Below, in pieces: positions 1-15,035 of a stretch of DNA of 64,000 nt. How positions within the stretch are numbered: position 1 is the stretch's first letter; each line of letters begins with the position of its first letter. The stretch is from the NCBI GenBank assembly GCA_964016885.1, contig OZ024745.1, positions 16,492,001 to 16,556,000 of the forward strand, given 5' to 3'. The stretch comes from Eledone cirrhosa. Lineage: Eukaryota. Below the pieces are notes generated by a model. That model did not search any database, was not told where the DNA came from, and worked only from the letters and a program-made list of their open reading frames with translations. The position numbers and the translations under genes were made by a program.

Positions 1-1326
1 AACAGCAGTAAATAATAACATCCTTAAGTTTCAATAACTGCTTCGATCTAAGCTAACAGAAGCATGTCAAGGGGTCTTGATTACTTTGGAACTCTGTGAA
101 ACTTTGGCAAAAGAAAAACGAAACCACAACAAATTAAGAAAACAAGCAAAATAAGCAACGATCTTAAAGTATATCCTACAGAGACTGACAAGTTAGAAGG
201 CTTGATAGTTTTTGATGTTGTTCAAACATGCATTTATGCAGAAAAAAAAAATCTTGGTGACTGTGGTGATACGTCATGCTGAGTTATGTCTGGAAGGCAA
301 AGACATCTTTCTAGTAATAGAATCCAAACATTTCTTTGTTGAGGGAATGTTCGAAAGTACATATCAACTTTCTCCATAAATCTATGAACTTCTCCATTAA
401 TAACTCTGTTATATCTTATGGAATTTTATAAACTTCTTTCATTATACACAATTTTTGTTAATGCCCCCCCCCCCCCCCCCCTATATATCATGGTGAGGTG
501 TATCTGAGACGAGTCCCTATATATAGTGGATTTGGTTGCTATTTCTTGCAGATCAATAATCACTTAACTTTTCTCGTTGGTTTCTATAGTTTCCGGTTTA
601 TCAGCAAAATATTATTACTCATATTATTCTTGATGCTGCTGCTACTGTCACATTTCTTTGTGTTATTGATGTTGTTGCCGGTCTTGTTATCGTTTCTACA
701 GTGTTTGATATTGTTTAATCTCAGATCAGCTTCGAGCAAGCAAACTTCTTGCTGTCATCACCATTCCACCTTTTCCTGAAGATTACATTATCCACTATAT
801 TACTTTTTTGAATTTTTAATGAAGTAAAGTGTGGCTTGGCTGCTATTTCTAGATAGAGTCTTTCTAGGTGTTATAGAAGTTAAAGAAGTCGAACAAAAAG
901 TAGAAAATGGATAAATATGTGGAAATCTGTGAAAATAAATTCCAAAATTTTGCGTTGGTTCCAGCTGAGACTAATAAGCTGCTTTCATGTATATATAGGT
1001 GAAGCCGTGTTAGTGTCTGGGTGGTGCCTGCAATAGACTAATAGACTGTCTTTCATGTGTATATAGGTGAGGATGAAATTAATGTTGGCAGTCAAATAGA
1101 AGTTTTATACTCTGATGCACTCTATGGGACACCTTTTATATTTGGCAAGGACGTCTCTATAATGTTATTATGGCTGATGGCACCAGCAAAATACATTGTG
1201 AGATGAACGACAACAGAAAACACCGAAGATGGAATCTCACTTGTACAATAGAAAGCTAATTAAATTTCTCAGATTTCCATTCAAAGAAGTAGAGTTGGAA
1301 ATAAGAGAAAACTAGTATGGACGTAT

Positions 1327-1328
<2 letters not shown>

Positions 1329-1418
<90 letters not shown>
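1329..1418. repeat. (GT)n microsatellite
   Basis: Pure GT run seen directly. Confidence 0.98.
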
Positions 1419-1420
<2 letters not shown>

Positions 1421-1902
1421 CAGTGTATAAGTGTGTGTGTGAGTATATGCGTGTGAGAAAATTGGCTGGATTCATTGGAGAAAAGCGAATTTGCATTTAG
1501 AGAAATTATACGAAAATTTAGTCTGTGTTATTGTTTAACACAAGGCAGCTTCTATTGATCAACTTCCTGATTAATGACGTTCCAGCCATGCCAGTTTCCT
1601 GTTCCAGTATTTTAACATTGGTTGCACTATGCCTTGTTCACACTGGGGCCATGTTTGGGCTGGGTTATGACGCCTACTGAATGCTCTTCCTAAAACTAAC
1701 CACATTTACAGTGTGGAATTGGGTGGCACCGTTACGAGAAGGGTCTGGTCAGTGGTAGCGTATGTGTTTGTATGTATGCGTGTGTCGTCACTGCCTCCGT
1801 CTCTTATGCTCTCCTATAAGCAAATGGGGTCCATGCGCTGACCACCCCGCGGCCCCGGGGGAGAGAATAGAGAAGGCATGTGGAATGTATTTACTTAAGC
1901 TT

Positions 1903-2127
1903 TAATAATGGTTTCTTATATAGGTACAAGGCCAGCAATTTTTTGGGGAGGGGAAAGGCGATTAAATCGACTCCAGCGCATAACTGGTACTTTGTTTGAT
2001 CGACCCCGTAAGGATGAAAGGCAAAGTTAACCTCGGCAGGATTTGAACTCAGATCATAAAGGGCCATAACTCTATGCTGCGAAGCATGGTGTCCAACCCT
2101 CTAATGATTCTGCCAACCCACCGCCCT
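1903..2127 (-). mobile_element. tRNA-derived SINE, family A
   Basis: Reverse complement reads TTGGCAGAATCATTAGAG (A-box-like), GAGTTCAAATCC (B box), then TTTCATCCTTACGGGGTCGAT...GTACCAG...GCTGGCCTTGT...ATTATT. Matches the copies at 58186-59040. Confidence 0.85.
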
Positions 2128-2146
2128 TACTTAAACTTTAATAAAA

Positions 2147-2364
2147 GGATCGATCGACTTTTGTCAAATCGGACCGAGGAAACAATGTTTCCGTTGGTCT
2201 TTCCAGTTGCTAGTACTATCTATCGGTCGCAACTCCAGGTAGAATGAGGAACGTGAAATAAAGTGTCTTGCTCAAGGACATAACGCATCGCCCGGTCCAG
2301 GAATCGAACTCACAACCTCAAGATTGTGAATCCAATTCTTTAACCACTCAGCCACACGCCTTCA
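2147..2364 (-). mobile_element. tRNA-derived SINE, family B
   Basis: Head TGGCTGAGTGGTTAAAG...GAGTTCGATTCC plus CCTTGAGCAAGACACTTTATTTCAC core. Near-identical copy at 42255-42466. Confidence 0.85.
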
Positions 2365-2408
2365 TAATAATAATAATAATTTAACATAGAAAGACTTGAT
2401 AATCAATG

Positions 2409-2918
2409 TACTCTCGGGTCTTAAATAATCCCTCCCCCGCTTCCTCAATTAATTTTTCAGATTCCCCCCACAGCCGCTCTCATTCTACCCCCCCCCCCTC
2501 GCTTATTGATTTTCAGATTTTTTCAAACCCACACCACTCTTATTCCAATCACCCCGCTTATTAAACTTTGCTAATCTTTCTTGGGCGCGTTTTTCCTTTA
2601 TACATTAAAAAATACATGACCTAAAAGGTATATTACTAGCAATTCCATACGTTATAAAAATAGGATGGTTTGGGGTCTCAATATATAAACTAAACAACAA
2701 ATTCTGGTTTATAGAACCTAGAAAAATTACCGATTTTCCAAACCTTCCCGCTTATTCCAACCCCCACTTATTCCAACTCCCTCGCTTATTCCAACTTACC
2801 CACTTCTAACACTTCCGCTTACCCCCCCCCCCCCAGCTTATTTCCCCCTCCCCCCTACTATTCCACCCACCACATCCCGCCGCTAATTCCACTCCCCTAT
2901 TATATGGGACCTGTGAGA
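2409..2918. mobile_element. putative non-autonomous DNA transposon (MITE-like)
   Basis: Imperfect terminal inverted repeats (TACTCTCGGGTCTTAAATAA / TTATATGGGACCTGTGAGA) and many subterminal CCCGCTTATT-like motifs clustered at both ends. Confidence 0.5.
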
Positions 2919-3216
2919 AGGCATTGGTTAGCCGGAGCAGTAAGAGATGTTTGCACAGTGGAATCGAAATGCGAAAGCTTGTGGTTGTTAAAGTAAGATT
3001 GTAAGGGCAGGGGTGATAGACAGTGGTTACAACTTAAAAAATTTGCTGACTGTGTTAACAAATGTAAGATATGGCAAACATTTCTAAGAATGACTTCACT
3101 AACATTTATTGTATTAATTATATATTATAATGAAAACGGCGTCGCTAGTCATTGTTCACTTACTTGAAATGTCAAAGTTTAACACACACAAACACACATA
3201 TTTATATATTTTTTTA

Positions 3217-3263
<47 letters not shown>

Positions 3264-3821
3264 AGAGATAGAGATATAGATTTGTAGGTGTATATATAGG
3301 TATAAATATATATATGCATATATGTGTGTGTGTTGCATGAATATATATTTATATATACATATATGTGAACATGTATATATACACATTTTGTGTGTGTTAT
3401 ATATATATTGATAGATAGAGATAGATATAGATATAGATATAGATATAAACACACACACACACGAATACGCACACACACACACACAAACACACAAAAACAC
3501 ACACACATATATATATACATACATATACATTTCATATGATGAAAAAGGAAGATGGAATATATAAGCGCAAGGGGGAGATTCAGAGGAGAGTATTACCAAC
3601 TGAATGGGATTGATATAAACAAAAGGATGGGTGGAAGAAAGGTTAAAAGACATAGAAGGAGAGAGAGGAGAGAGCGAGAGTGAGAGAGAGAGTGAGAGAG
3701 AGTGAGGGAGAGAGAAAATTGACAAATATTTGGATATATTTACGTACACACATATTGGTACATACATATCCATTCATACACACATACACATATATATGTA
3801 TATAAATATAAATATATTTAT

Positions 3822-3998
3822 ATATTTCGTTTCTGAATTTGTTTAGCAAGATTCTTTATCTGAAAACGTGTGTTGAAACCGATATTGTTATACTTTGGGA
3901 GGGTCATGTTGCCAATAAGAAACACACGCACCAGATGCTTTCACTTTAATTTATTATAATAAATTTATAAATTTAGGAATTTATAAATTTCCGGTTGG
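3822..3998 (-). mobile_element. PLE 3'-terminal (pseudo-LTR) fragment, same family as 60155-61076
   Basis: Near-identical to 60155-60253 and to the reverse complement of 60955-61076. Abuts a TA-rich tract. Confidence 0.8.
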
Positions 3999-4180
3999 AA
4001 ATATGCATTATATTATATTATATTATGTAAAATAAAGTACCAGTAACACTGTTTAATTGCTGACCTTGTGCCAAAAGTAGAAACAATTATATTATATTAT
4101 ATCATATATATATATATATAAATATATATATATCCCTTTTGCTTATATCCCTTTTGCTTATATATATATATATATATATA

Positions 4181-4322
4181 TTAGAAAGTGAGGTTTTTTT
4201 TTACAAATTGAAAAATAACCGAGGTGTCCTACACGAGTGAAAGTATAAAGAAAAAAAAGATGAAATCGAAAATGCAACTGGAGTCTTATTTAAAAAATAT
4301 ATATATATTTATTTGGTTCCTT
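4181..4322 (-). mobile_element. PLE pseudo-LTR fragment of the 50121-50427 family
   Basis: Aligns with 50118-50228. Flanked by (TA)n on both sides. Confidence 0.8.
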
Positions 4323-4370
<48 letters not shown>

Positions 4371-4462
4371 CAAAAGGGATATTCAATTTGTTGGTAATTC
4401 AACAAATATAAATGTTTATAACTGATTCAGAGCACTCGACAGTTTTTCTGGAGTATAATATT

Positions 4463-4796
4463 CAATGATATTAAATAAATGGAAACTATATTTATAAAAC
4501 ATATTTATACTATTATATATATTTCAAGGGTACCAACACTTTTGTACGCTTTCAGCAGATAAAATACGAAGTGTGTTTTATAAACTTTGACATAACCAAG
4601 AAAAAATACCTTAACGGTTCACTATACATGGAAAACTTGAACCGTTAAGGTATTTTTCTTGGTAATGTCAACATTTATAAAACACACTTCGTATTTTATC
4701 TGATGAAAGCGTACCAAAGTTTTGGTACCCTTGAAATATATATAATAGAATAAATATGGTTTTATATATATAGTTTCCATTTATTTAATATCATTG
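4463..4796. mobile_element. head-to-head palindrome of an HHR-bearing pseudo-LTR
   Basis: Inverted arms 4463-4621 and 4638-4796 with scattered mismatches. Same family as 29713-29850, 35305-35460 and 39130-39303. Confidence 0.9.
4692..4752 (+). ncRNA. minimal type I hammerhead ribozyme
   Basis: TATTTTAT-CTGATGA-[stem II aagcgtacc...ggtaccctt]-GAAA-T-ATAT-A-TA-ATAGAATA. The mirror copy at ~4507-4567 has a mutated core (CTGCTGA). Confidence 0.85.
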
Positions 4797-4807
4797 TATA
4801 TATATAT

Positions 4808-4906
4808 ATGCCCGAAACGTCCCCCCCCCCCCACTCTCAAGAGCGTGAAACTAATAAACCTTTGTTTGTATTCCCTCTCTGTTTTGATCGCGTTCCATTT
4901 TTCACT
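4808..4906 (+). mobile_element. PLE pseudo-LTR 3' fragment (family of 61668-61800)
   Basis: ATGCCCGAAACGTC...GAGCGTGAAACTAATAAAC...CTCTCTGTTTTG matches the reverse complement of 61668-61776. A related copy lies at 31385-31480. Sits inside (TA)n. Confidence 0.7.
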
Positions 4907-4908
4907 AT

Positions 4909-4989
<81 letters not shown>

Positions 4990-5004
4990 TATATATATAT
5001 ATAT

Positions 5005-5660
5005 ATAAAAGTTTACATATATATATACATATATATACATATACGTGTTTTGCAACGGGTCACTTTGTGGCTCAATGAAAAATTAATAAATTAAATAATC
5101 AGAGCTATATATCATAAAACATGTCTATAAAATCACAAGATAAAATATATACTATTTCCTCTCCCAATTAGCATAATTAACTATATAAAAAATCGAATAG
5201 ACCAGGCTATAAGAATGAGGCTCTATGAAGAAATCTCCGACAAATAACCGAAACTAGCCCTTCGCGTCGGCCGCAACGGAATATTTATCGAATATTTCGA
5301 CAGCGTAATCGCCCAGATACAGTCAACTAAACAGAATTAGGTGTAAAATAAACTAGGAGAAAATAGAATACATTTAAACACCTCTACCATGGTTTCATCC
5401 GCATTTTGAATTTTCCAATAATTATGTAATAATTATATAAACTCGAACACCGGATTCATCAGGAGATTTGCTCTTATCTAGACACTAAATTTTCCAAAGT
5501 GATCGCGCCAAGAATTCATTCAAAATGGCTAAGAATCGTGACGTAGTCGAGGTCAGGTTGGAAGGGGTGTGGTAGTTGCTTACGACTGGTGGCATTTTTT
5601 GCTAGAAAGCACAGCACAATGCAGCCAAATTTGTATCTCAACCTAATGGGAGATTATTAC
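5005..5660 (-). mobile_element. non-coding HHR-bearing PLE terminal unit
   Basis: Ends at (TA)n, and its terminal ~145 bp recurs at 5662-5805. Related sequence at 40815-41160 and 31870-32130. Confidence 0.7.
5380..5467 (-). ncRNA. minimal hammerhead ribozyme with extended stem II
   Basis: Reverse complement: ATCTC-CTGATGA-ATCCG...CGGAT-GAAA-C-CATG-G-TA-GAGGT. Confidence 0.85.
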
Positions 5661-5921
5661 ATATAAAAGTTTACATATATATATATACATATATATACAT
5701 ATACGTGTTTTGCAACGGGTCACTTTCTGGCTCAATGAAAAATTAATAAATTAAATAATCAGAGCTATATATCATAAAACATGTCTATAGAATCACAAGA
5801 TAAAGTATACAGCTAATGTCTCACTACCTAATTAGTTTAAAATCTTCTTTTCTCAAACGCTTTTATATATTTTACAAATATACCCATCTTTCTACCTTAT
5901 TTCAGTATATTATAAGTTTTA

Positions 5922-5961
<40 letters not shown>

Positions 5962-6352
5962 AGTGTAATTTACTACACAAAACGAAGGTTATAGAGAAAA
6001 TTGAGGTTGGTAATGGCACATGGAATATATAAGAGACAGAATACTTTTTTGTGAAAAAACATATAATTTTATAAGGTAAGGAAATAATAAAGGGTATAAA
6101 AAATGACCGGTTTCGATGGGTCTGCAAAAGCCATCTTTTCAAATGTTGATTAATATTAAGAAAAATTAATAATAAGAAGAGTTAAAATTTGAGATTTGAA
6201 AATTCAAGTATAAAATTCATTGTGGGATTTCACAGTAGTTTTCATCTTGGTAGCAGCTCGTTTAGCAGCTCGTTGACTGCTGGGTCCCTTTCTGGTAGTG
6301 AATGAGAAGTTATTTGAGGGTGTGGGTTATTTTATAAAGGTCAAATTTAGCA

Positions 6353-7349
6353 TGATAAACAACATAGATAATAACATACAATTCACAATGGAATCCAATC
6401 CCAAGGAATTAGCCTTCTTGGATATTCTCATCTCTGTAATAGACGGGAAATTAGATACAGATATATTCTATAAACCCACAGATTCCAAGCAATACCTCTT
6501 TTTCACATCAAGTCACCCAAAACATACAAAACTTAACATTCCTTACAATTTGGCCAAACGTATATGTACCATAGTATCAGATCCACCTAAACGGGAGCAA
6601 AGACTAAAGGAACTAAAATACACCCTTATCTTAAGAGCCTTTCCACTTGAAATAATCAACAATGGAATAGACAGGGCAAAACACCTAAATCCCCATCAAC
6701 TTAACAATCCAAAACAGAAAACCACACTCAACACCCTGCCATATGTATCCACTTTCAACCCCAGAAATACCGAAATGTTTGATCACCTACACAAAAACCT
6801 CCCCATCCTACTTAAAGATGTAAAAATGAAGTCTATTCTTGAAACACACAAGATCCTTAAAAGTAAAAGACAACCCAAATCACTAAAACGCATTCTCACT
6901 GGACCAAATATACCCAAACCAATCCTCAACCCTACAGTTACCAAATGTGGTAGAACAAACTGTGGACGTGCCTCTACCTCACTGAAGGACAACAATTTAC
7001 ATTTAAAGATGGCCAAACATTTACAGTAAAAAACAATTTCACCTGCAACTCGGAGAACTTGATTTACGCAATAACTTGCGGTGGGTGCAAACACAACTAC
7101 ATAGGACAGACGGGCACCTCATTACGCAAAAGAATGACCATCCACCGCCAACAAATCCGGGACGCTAGCACAAGAAAAATCCCCTTGAGCAGCCATATTG
7201 CGAACTGCGCAGGAATGACACTACCCAACTTTAAAATCTTCCCCTTCTACAAGTGCTCAGATTCGTTCACACAGCAACAAAGAATAAACAAAGAAAATCT
7301 ATTCCTTAACAAATTTAAACCAAAACTAAACGGGTTATCACCCCAATAG
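6353..7349 (+). pseudogene. PLE RT C-terminus + GIY-YIG endonuclease (frameshifted)
   Basis: IQFTME...FLDILI...TDIFYKPTDSKQYLFFTSSHPKH (PLE RT motif 7/thumb), then a frameshift near 6970-7030, then LIYAITCGGCKHNYIGQTGTSLRKRMTIH...E...KPKLN. Confidence 0.92.
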
Positions 7350-8295
7350 AATTGTCATAAAATATAAACACACATACGCACGGAGTGACAGATATATGTG
7401 TTTGTAGGTGTGCATGTATATAATTATCACTACTATTAAAGACCAGAGACCAATTCTGTAGAATCAGGTTTATTCGTTGACAGACCATGCCTTTGTGTGA
7501 CCAACACATCCATGTTAAACCCTGCACGTGCACCCACATATATCTATATATATATGCGCACACAGAATTCACCACTGTCGGTTGCCGGGCCCAATCTACA
7601 TGAAGAACTCAATGTGATCAGAATGACTTGTATTTTAATTTCACTGTCCTAACTTCTTATATTATGGAAAAAATATATGTGTATGTATGTATATATATAT
7701 ATATTTGGAGGCCATTTCTCTGTGTGTGGGTGTATGTATGTGTATATATGTGTGTGTGTGTGTGTGTTTGTATGTGTGTATGTATATATATGTGTGTGTG
7801 TGTGTGTGTGTATGTCATATATGTGTGTGTGTATGTGTGTGTCTATATATATGTATGTGTGTGTGTATGTACGTGTGTATATGTATGGATATATATATAT
7901 ATATATGTGTATATATGTGTATGTATATGTATATGTATGTATGTGTGGATGAAGGTATGTGTGTATATATAGGTGTAAGTGCACTAAATCCCTTTCTATC
8001 AATCTCCCCTCTCCTACCTACCACAGGAAGATATATGTATGTATATTGCTTCCACCCCCTCACTGACCAGCAGCTGGCCATCTGGCCATTGCTAAATTTG
8101 ACCTTTATAAAATAATCCACACCCCCAAATAACTTCTCATTCACTACCAGAAAGGGACCCAGCAGTCAACGAGCTGCTAAACGAGCTGCTACCAAGATGA
8201 AAACTACTGTGAAATCCCACAATGAATTTTATACTTGAATTTTCAAATCTCAAATTTTAACTCTTCTTATTATTAATTTTTCTTAATATTAATCA

Positions 8296-8341
8296 ACATT
8301 TGAAAAGATGGCTTTTGCAGACCCATCGAAACCGGTCATTT
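8296..8341 (+). ncRNA. hammerhead-like motif with UUGAAAA core
   Basis: ACAT-TTGAAAA-GATGG...CCATC-GAAA-CCGG-TC-ATTT. Stem I is weak. Mirror copy at 6101-6146 (-). Confidence 0.6.
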
Positions 8342-8511
8342 TTTATACCCTTTATTATTTCCTTACCTTATAAAATTATATGTTTTTTCACATAAAAGTA
8401 TTCTGTCTCTTATATATTCCATGTGCCATTACCAACCTCAATTTTCTCTCTCTCTCTCTATATATATATGTATTTATATGTATTTATATCTATAATGTTT
8501 GATATAGAAAT

Positions 8512-8562
8512 GGCTTCTACAGGACTAGAACTGTTTCATTCGGGAGAAATCATCAGGAAGCC
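8512..8562 (-). ncRNA. hammerhead ribozyme
   Basis: Reverse complement: GGCTTC-CTGATGA-TTTCTCCCGAAT-GAAA-CAG-TTCTAGTC-CTG-TA-GAAGCC. Part of an inverted-plus-sense unit at 8500-8660. Confidence 0.85.
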
Positions 8563-9254
8563 CTGTAGAAGCCATTTCCATATTAAATATTTATACTCTG
8601 CTATGTATTGAGTACCTTACTTACTATGGTTAACCCCGATTGAACCCGGGATAAACTTATATATATATATCTTTCTCTCTCTCTCTTCGTCTCTCTCTCT
8701 CGGTCTCTCGCTCTCTCTCTCTCTTCCCCCCTCTCTCTCTCCCCCCTCTCTCTCTATATATATATATACATATGGTAAATGGTTATGTCAGAGGTTAATA
8801 TATGAAAGTAGATACTGGGTTAAACAATAAAAAGAGAATATGTTTCTTTCTAAATTATAGAAACACACTGCAATACACACACACACTTCAACACACACAC
8901 ACACACACTGTCGTCTACGTATGTGTGGGCGAATTGTTAGATGTAAGCAAAAACGTCAGTGGATGAAAGACAATACTGAAGTTGAACATTATGTTTAATA
9001 TAGGAAAGTAAATGTCGAGATGTGAGGTCAAAAGAAGCATTTTCACAGTATCATGGGAATGAAGTTTCAGGCAGTTCTTACTCACACATACACACACCAT
9101 ACAACACACATACACACATAACACGCCCACCCATATACCAGTATCTATATGTGTGTGTATGTGTATGCAGCACATATGAATGCCTATATATGCATATATG
9201 AATAATTATATATATTTGCATTGCTTTATTGTACTACAATAAAACTCACCTCCT

Positions 9255-9310
<56 letters not shown>

Positions 9311-9399
9311 GTAGGAGGTGAGTTTTATTGTAGTACAATAAAGCAATGCAAATATCGGATAAGTAGCACTCAACAGTTTATAGGACTGGAGTACAAATA

Positions 9400-9830
9400 A
9401 TATAAGATGTAATTGAAATTGCCTTGTTAGAACTAAATGTCCTCTTAATAACCAATGTCTTTATAACAATTTAGTGTATAAATGTAAGGGTATAACTGGT
9501 ACTAATTCTTTTACCTATTTTGGTTCCACTTCCACTTCCTTTAAAGCAAGATTTTATAATCACAATTCGTCTTTTAAATACCAACTTAAAAGAACTAACA
9601 CGGCACTCTCAGAACTCATATGGTCCTTAAAAGACAAAAATATTAACTACAATATTTCTTGGAGGAAGGTTTGCAACGCCTCTCCTTACGGTAGCTTCTT
9701 CCCTATCAAGAACATGTAAACTCTGCCTAGCCGAGAAATTTACCATTATCTCTAATTTTAATTCTGTAATAAATAGACGTACGGATTTTCGGTCTGCTTG
9801 CATAAATCCCATAGAACTTTCCATAAAGTA
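9400..9830 (+). pseudogene. PLE linker Zn-finger + GIY-YIG remnant
   Basis: KCPLNNQCLYNNLVYKC...YFGSTSTSFKARFYNHNSSF...TALSELIWSLK, frameshift, then CKLCLAEKFTI. Homologous to ORF 36771-37319. Confidence 0.88.
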
Positions 9831-10604
9831 TACAGCTAATGTCTCACTACCTAATTAGTATAAATCTTCTTTTCTCAAACGCTTTTATATCTTTTACAAA
9901 TATACCCATCTTTCTACCTTATTTCAGCATATTATATTATACAATTTACTCATGTTATGTCGTTAGCAGTCCCCTATTTTTCTTCTTTTTTATCTTTTTT
10001 TCTTTTTTCTTTTTTAATTTCTAATCTTTAATCTGTAACTTTTACTTCTCAATTACTTCTTAATTCATATTATTACTCACTATAGCATTTTCCTTATATC
10101 CTTGGCCATACAACCAAACTATATTTTTAATATATACTAATATTACCATTAGTAAATTTTGTAAACATATTTTTTTGACGTTATATATTTTTTCCATCCG
10201 TAAATTTTCTACTTTCTTCTCTCCTTCCGTGCTCGTATTAAACCTATTATTTACTTTTTCATATTACAATACATAGAAACAAACTTAGACCCTAACTCAT
10301 TCCTCTAAGTTCATAATTCATTTAATTTCTTCTTCATTCACCTTATCTCTTTAATATTTTTATTTTAATAATACATATTAATAAATTACGTTTTCGCACA
10401 TATTATTAAACCCTTCAATATATAAACCTTAAATAAATACTATTCTTAATTCCTTTTTCTTTAATCATAAACATCACCATTCATAAACCTCATTAACTTT
10501 TAATTTCAAACTTTATTTTAAAATTATCTTACAACGGTTTTTTTTAAATTTCTCTCTGTGAGACAGTGTTTCTCAGTATTAAAGGCTATCTCTCTCTCTC
10601 TCTT

Positions 10605-10670
<66 letters not shown>

Positions 10671-10854
10671 CTCACCTTTATTTCTTATACTCCTCCCCGA
10701 CATCCTTTATTTTCTTTCTTCCTCTTCCTTACCTTTCCTTCCCCCTTCCTTCTTTTTTTCCCAATCTCATATATCCATCTTATCTTATTTTTCATATGTA
10801 GATTTAACACTTCACTGCTCGCAAGTGTTTTTTAAACTTCACATCATGTCTTCC

Positions 10855-10925
10855 TATTTTACCTGATGAGAACGCAAGTATCATCCAATGATGATATTTG
10901 TTTTTGAAATGCGCATAATAAAATA
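10855..10925 (+). ncRNA. minimal hammerhead ribozyme
   Basis: TATTTTAC-CTGATGA-[long stem II]-GAAA-T-GCGC-A-TA-ATAAAATA. Confidence 0.85.
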
Positions 10926-10955
10926 CATGGAACTCTTTTAACCATCTTTTGATCT

Positions 10956-13446
<2,491 letters not shown>

Positions 13447-13979
13447 CGTTTGAAGAAACTTCCTTCCTCCCTCAAATCAGACACGGGAGCCATGAAAATC
13501 AATATGGACGCCACTACGCCCTCTCTCTCTAGACGTTTAAAATACAGATTTATTCATTTATTCAATTTAAACGTCCGTATAGAGCTAGTAAGCAATGACA
13601 GACTCGGGGAAGTATCGAGTACTCCTTACAATTGGTAATCAAAAAGAGTTAATGAGAAGAGTAAAATAAAAATAAAAAAATACAAAAAGGGAAAGAAAAG
13701 AAAATTCCAAATATTGAAGGCCAACGGGATGCAGATTATGCAAAAGAAAACGAAAAAGAACAGAGGAAACAAGGGAAGTTGTAAAACAGCTAAAGTTTCT
13801 GTTGTTGAATCTCTTCATAGCTTCCATGTACTCAAAGATTTTGTTTATATTTGGTAGACTTGTAATCATATATTGAACTTCCAAATAGTCCTATACATAA
13901 TGGCTGTCGACTCTCTATCGTATATGTCTATATTGTTCTCTGTTTCTTTCTCCTGTTGGCTATAAAGATGTCAAAACAT

Positions 13980-15035
13980 ACATCATCATGGCAAAACAAA
14001 TATCTCACATCCTACGCCCGACACTTCAATGTGCGACGCAACAATTTAAAGTTACAGTCAAGTTGAAGTTATTTTTATTGTTTGGTGATATACGACCAAA
14101 GTTTCACATACAACAATGAAGATATAAACGTACATCAATAGAAATTCCACGCCGACACTAGAGACGCCCATCTAATTGACAATATGAATCTCTTGCCATC
14201 TTTATACCCGTAATTTCATTGTCAAGAATGTTTGTCATGTTACTTGTGCTGCTTAAATATAAACATATTTCAACAATTTTCAATTTTTTTTTTGCTTTTA
14301 CATAAATGTTAGTTTCATTTAAGTCATTGCCGGAGTAGATTGATATACACCAACCGTTCTAGCCCAACTTATTGTTAGGTGCAACGCCCTGCATGCCTCC
14401 GAAAAAGAATCCACCAGATGATGCAAGTCACTTTCTGAGTGAGCTACAAAACCGCCGTTATCTGCATACTAAAATTCACGTCTTAAAGAAGTAAACATCT
14501 TTGTTTCGGCAGCAAACCCTCTTGTGAAAAACAACTTACACGTCAATCGAAAGCTGATATGAATTTCATACGTGCAATCTTCAAAGTCCATAAGGAAAAC
14601 AGAATGCAGTGTAGGCTGCTTAACTCCATTTTCAATAAACATCGGTTCTGACACCTGTCTATTTATATTGATACAAGCTTGCAGCATACACTCATGGAAA
14701 CCTCTCAGAACTGATACGATCTTGTCAGGAAAACCGAGATTAGTCAGATTCTTTCATAATGCATCCTTATTCATCGTATCAAAAGCTTTTGTCAAATCAA
14801 CAAAAACATGATACGAATTTACCCCCTGCCCAATGCACTTCTGTCGTTGCCTCACAGAGAAGATTATGTCTGTGGTTCCTCTGCAACTTCTAAAGCCACA
14901 CTGTGTCTCTGGAAGATCGTGACCAGCTATGTTATCATGCAAACTGTGAAGCATGATCCTACAGATAGCTTGTTCCACAACTGACAGGCGGGCTATCTCA
15001 ACATAATTGTCACAATCATCCCTTTCATCCTTTCA
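13980..15035 (-). mobile_element. decayed RTE-clade LINE fragment (RT)
   Basis: LPETQCGFRSCRGTTDIIFSVRQRQKC...FVDLTKAFDTMNKDAL, then SEPMFIENGVKQ. (CAT)n-like tail near 13981. Multiple frameshifts. Confidence 0.8.

Larger units (their letters stand above)
5958..8449 (+). mobile_element. 5'-truncated Penelope-like element with inverted terminal copy
   Basis: 5993-6352 is the reverse complement of 8090-8449. Between them lie an RT-thumb/GIY-YIG coding region and a TG-rich 3' UTR. Confidence 0.93.

Noticed and set aside
300-440. CR1-like C-terminal remnant on the - strand (RFMEKVDMYFRTFPQQ)
   Set aside because: The similarity is too short and disrupted to support.
968-1072. Two ~37-bp direct repeats with a spacer (CRISPR-like)
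   Set aside because: Only two diverged units in a eukaryotic context, so an ordinary short tandem duplication.
3855-3895. CTGAAAA...GAAAC motif (also ~60190-60225) as a hammerhead
   Set aside because: No stem I or II pairing, uncompensated G8A, and it is on the strand opposite to the family's real HHR (60877).
5215-5262. GGCT-CTATGAAGA...GAAACTAGCC as a hammerhead
   Set aside because: Core spacing is wrong, there is no stem II, and the GAAA is not conserved in the related copy at ~40910.
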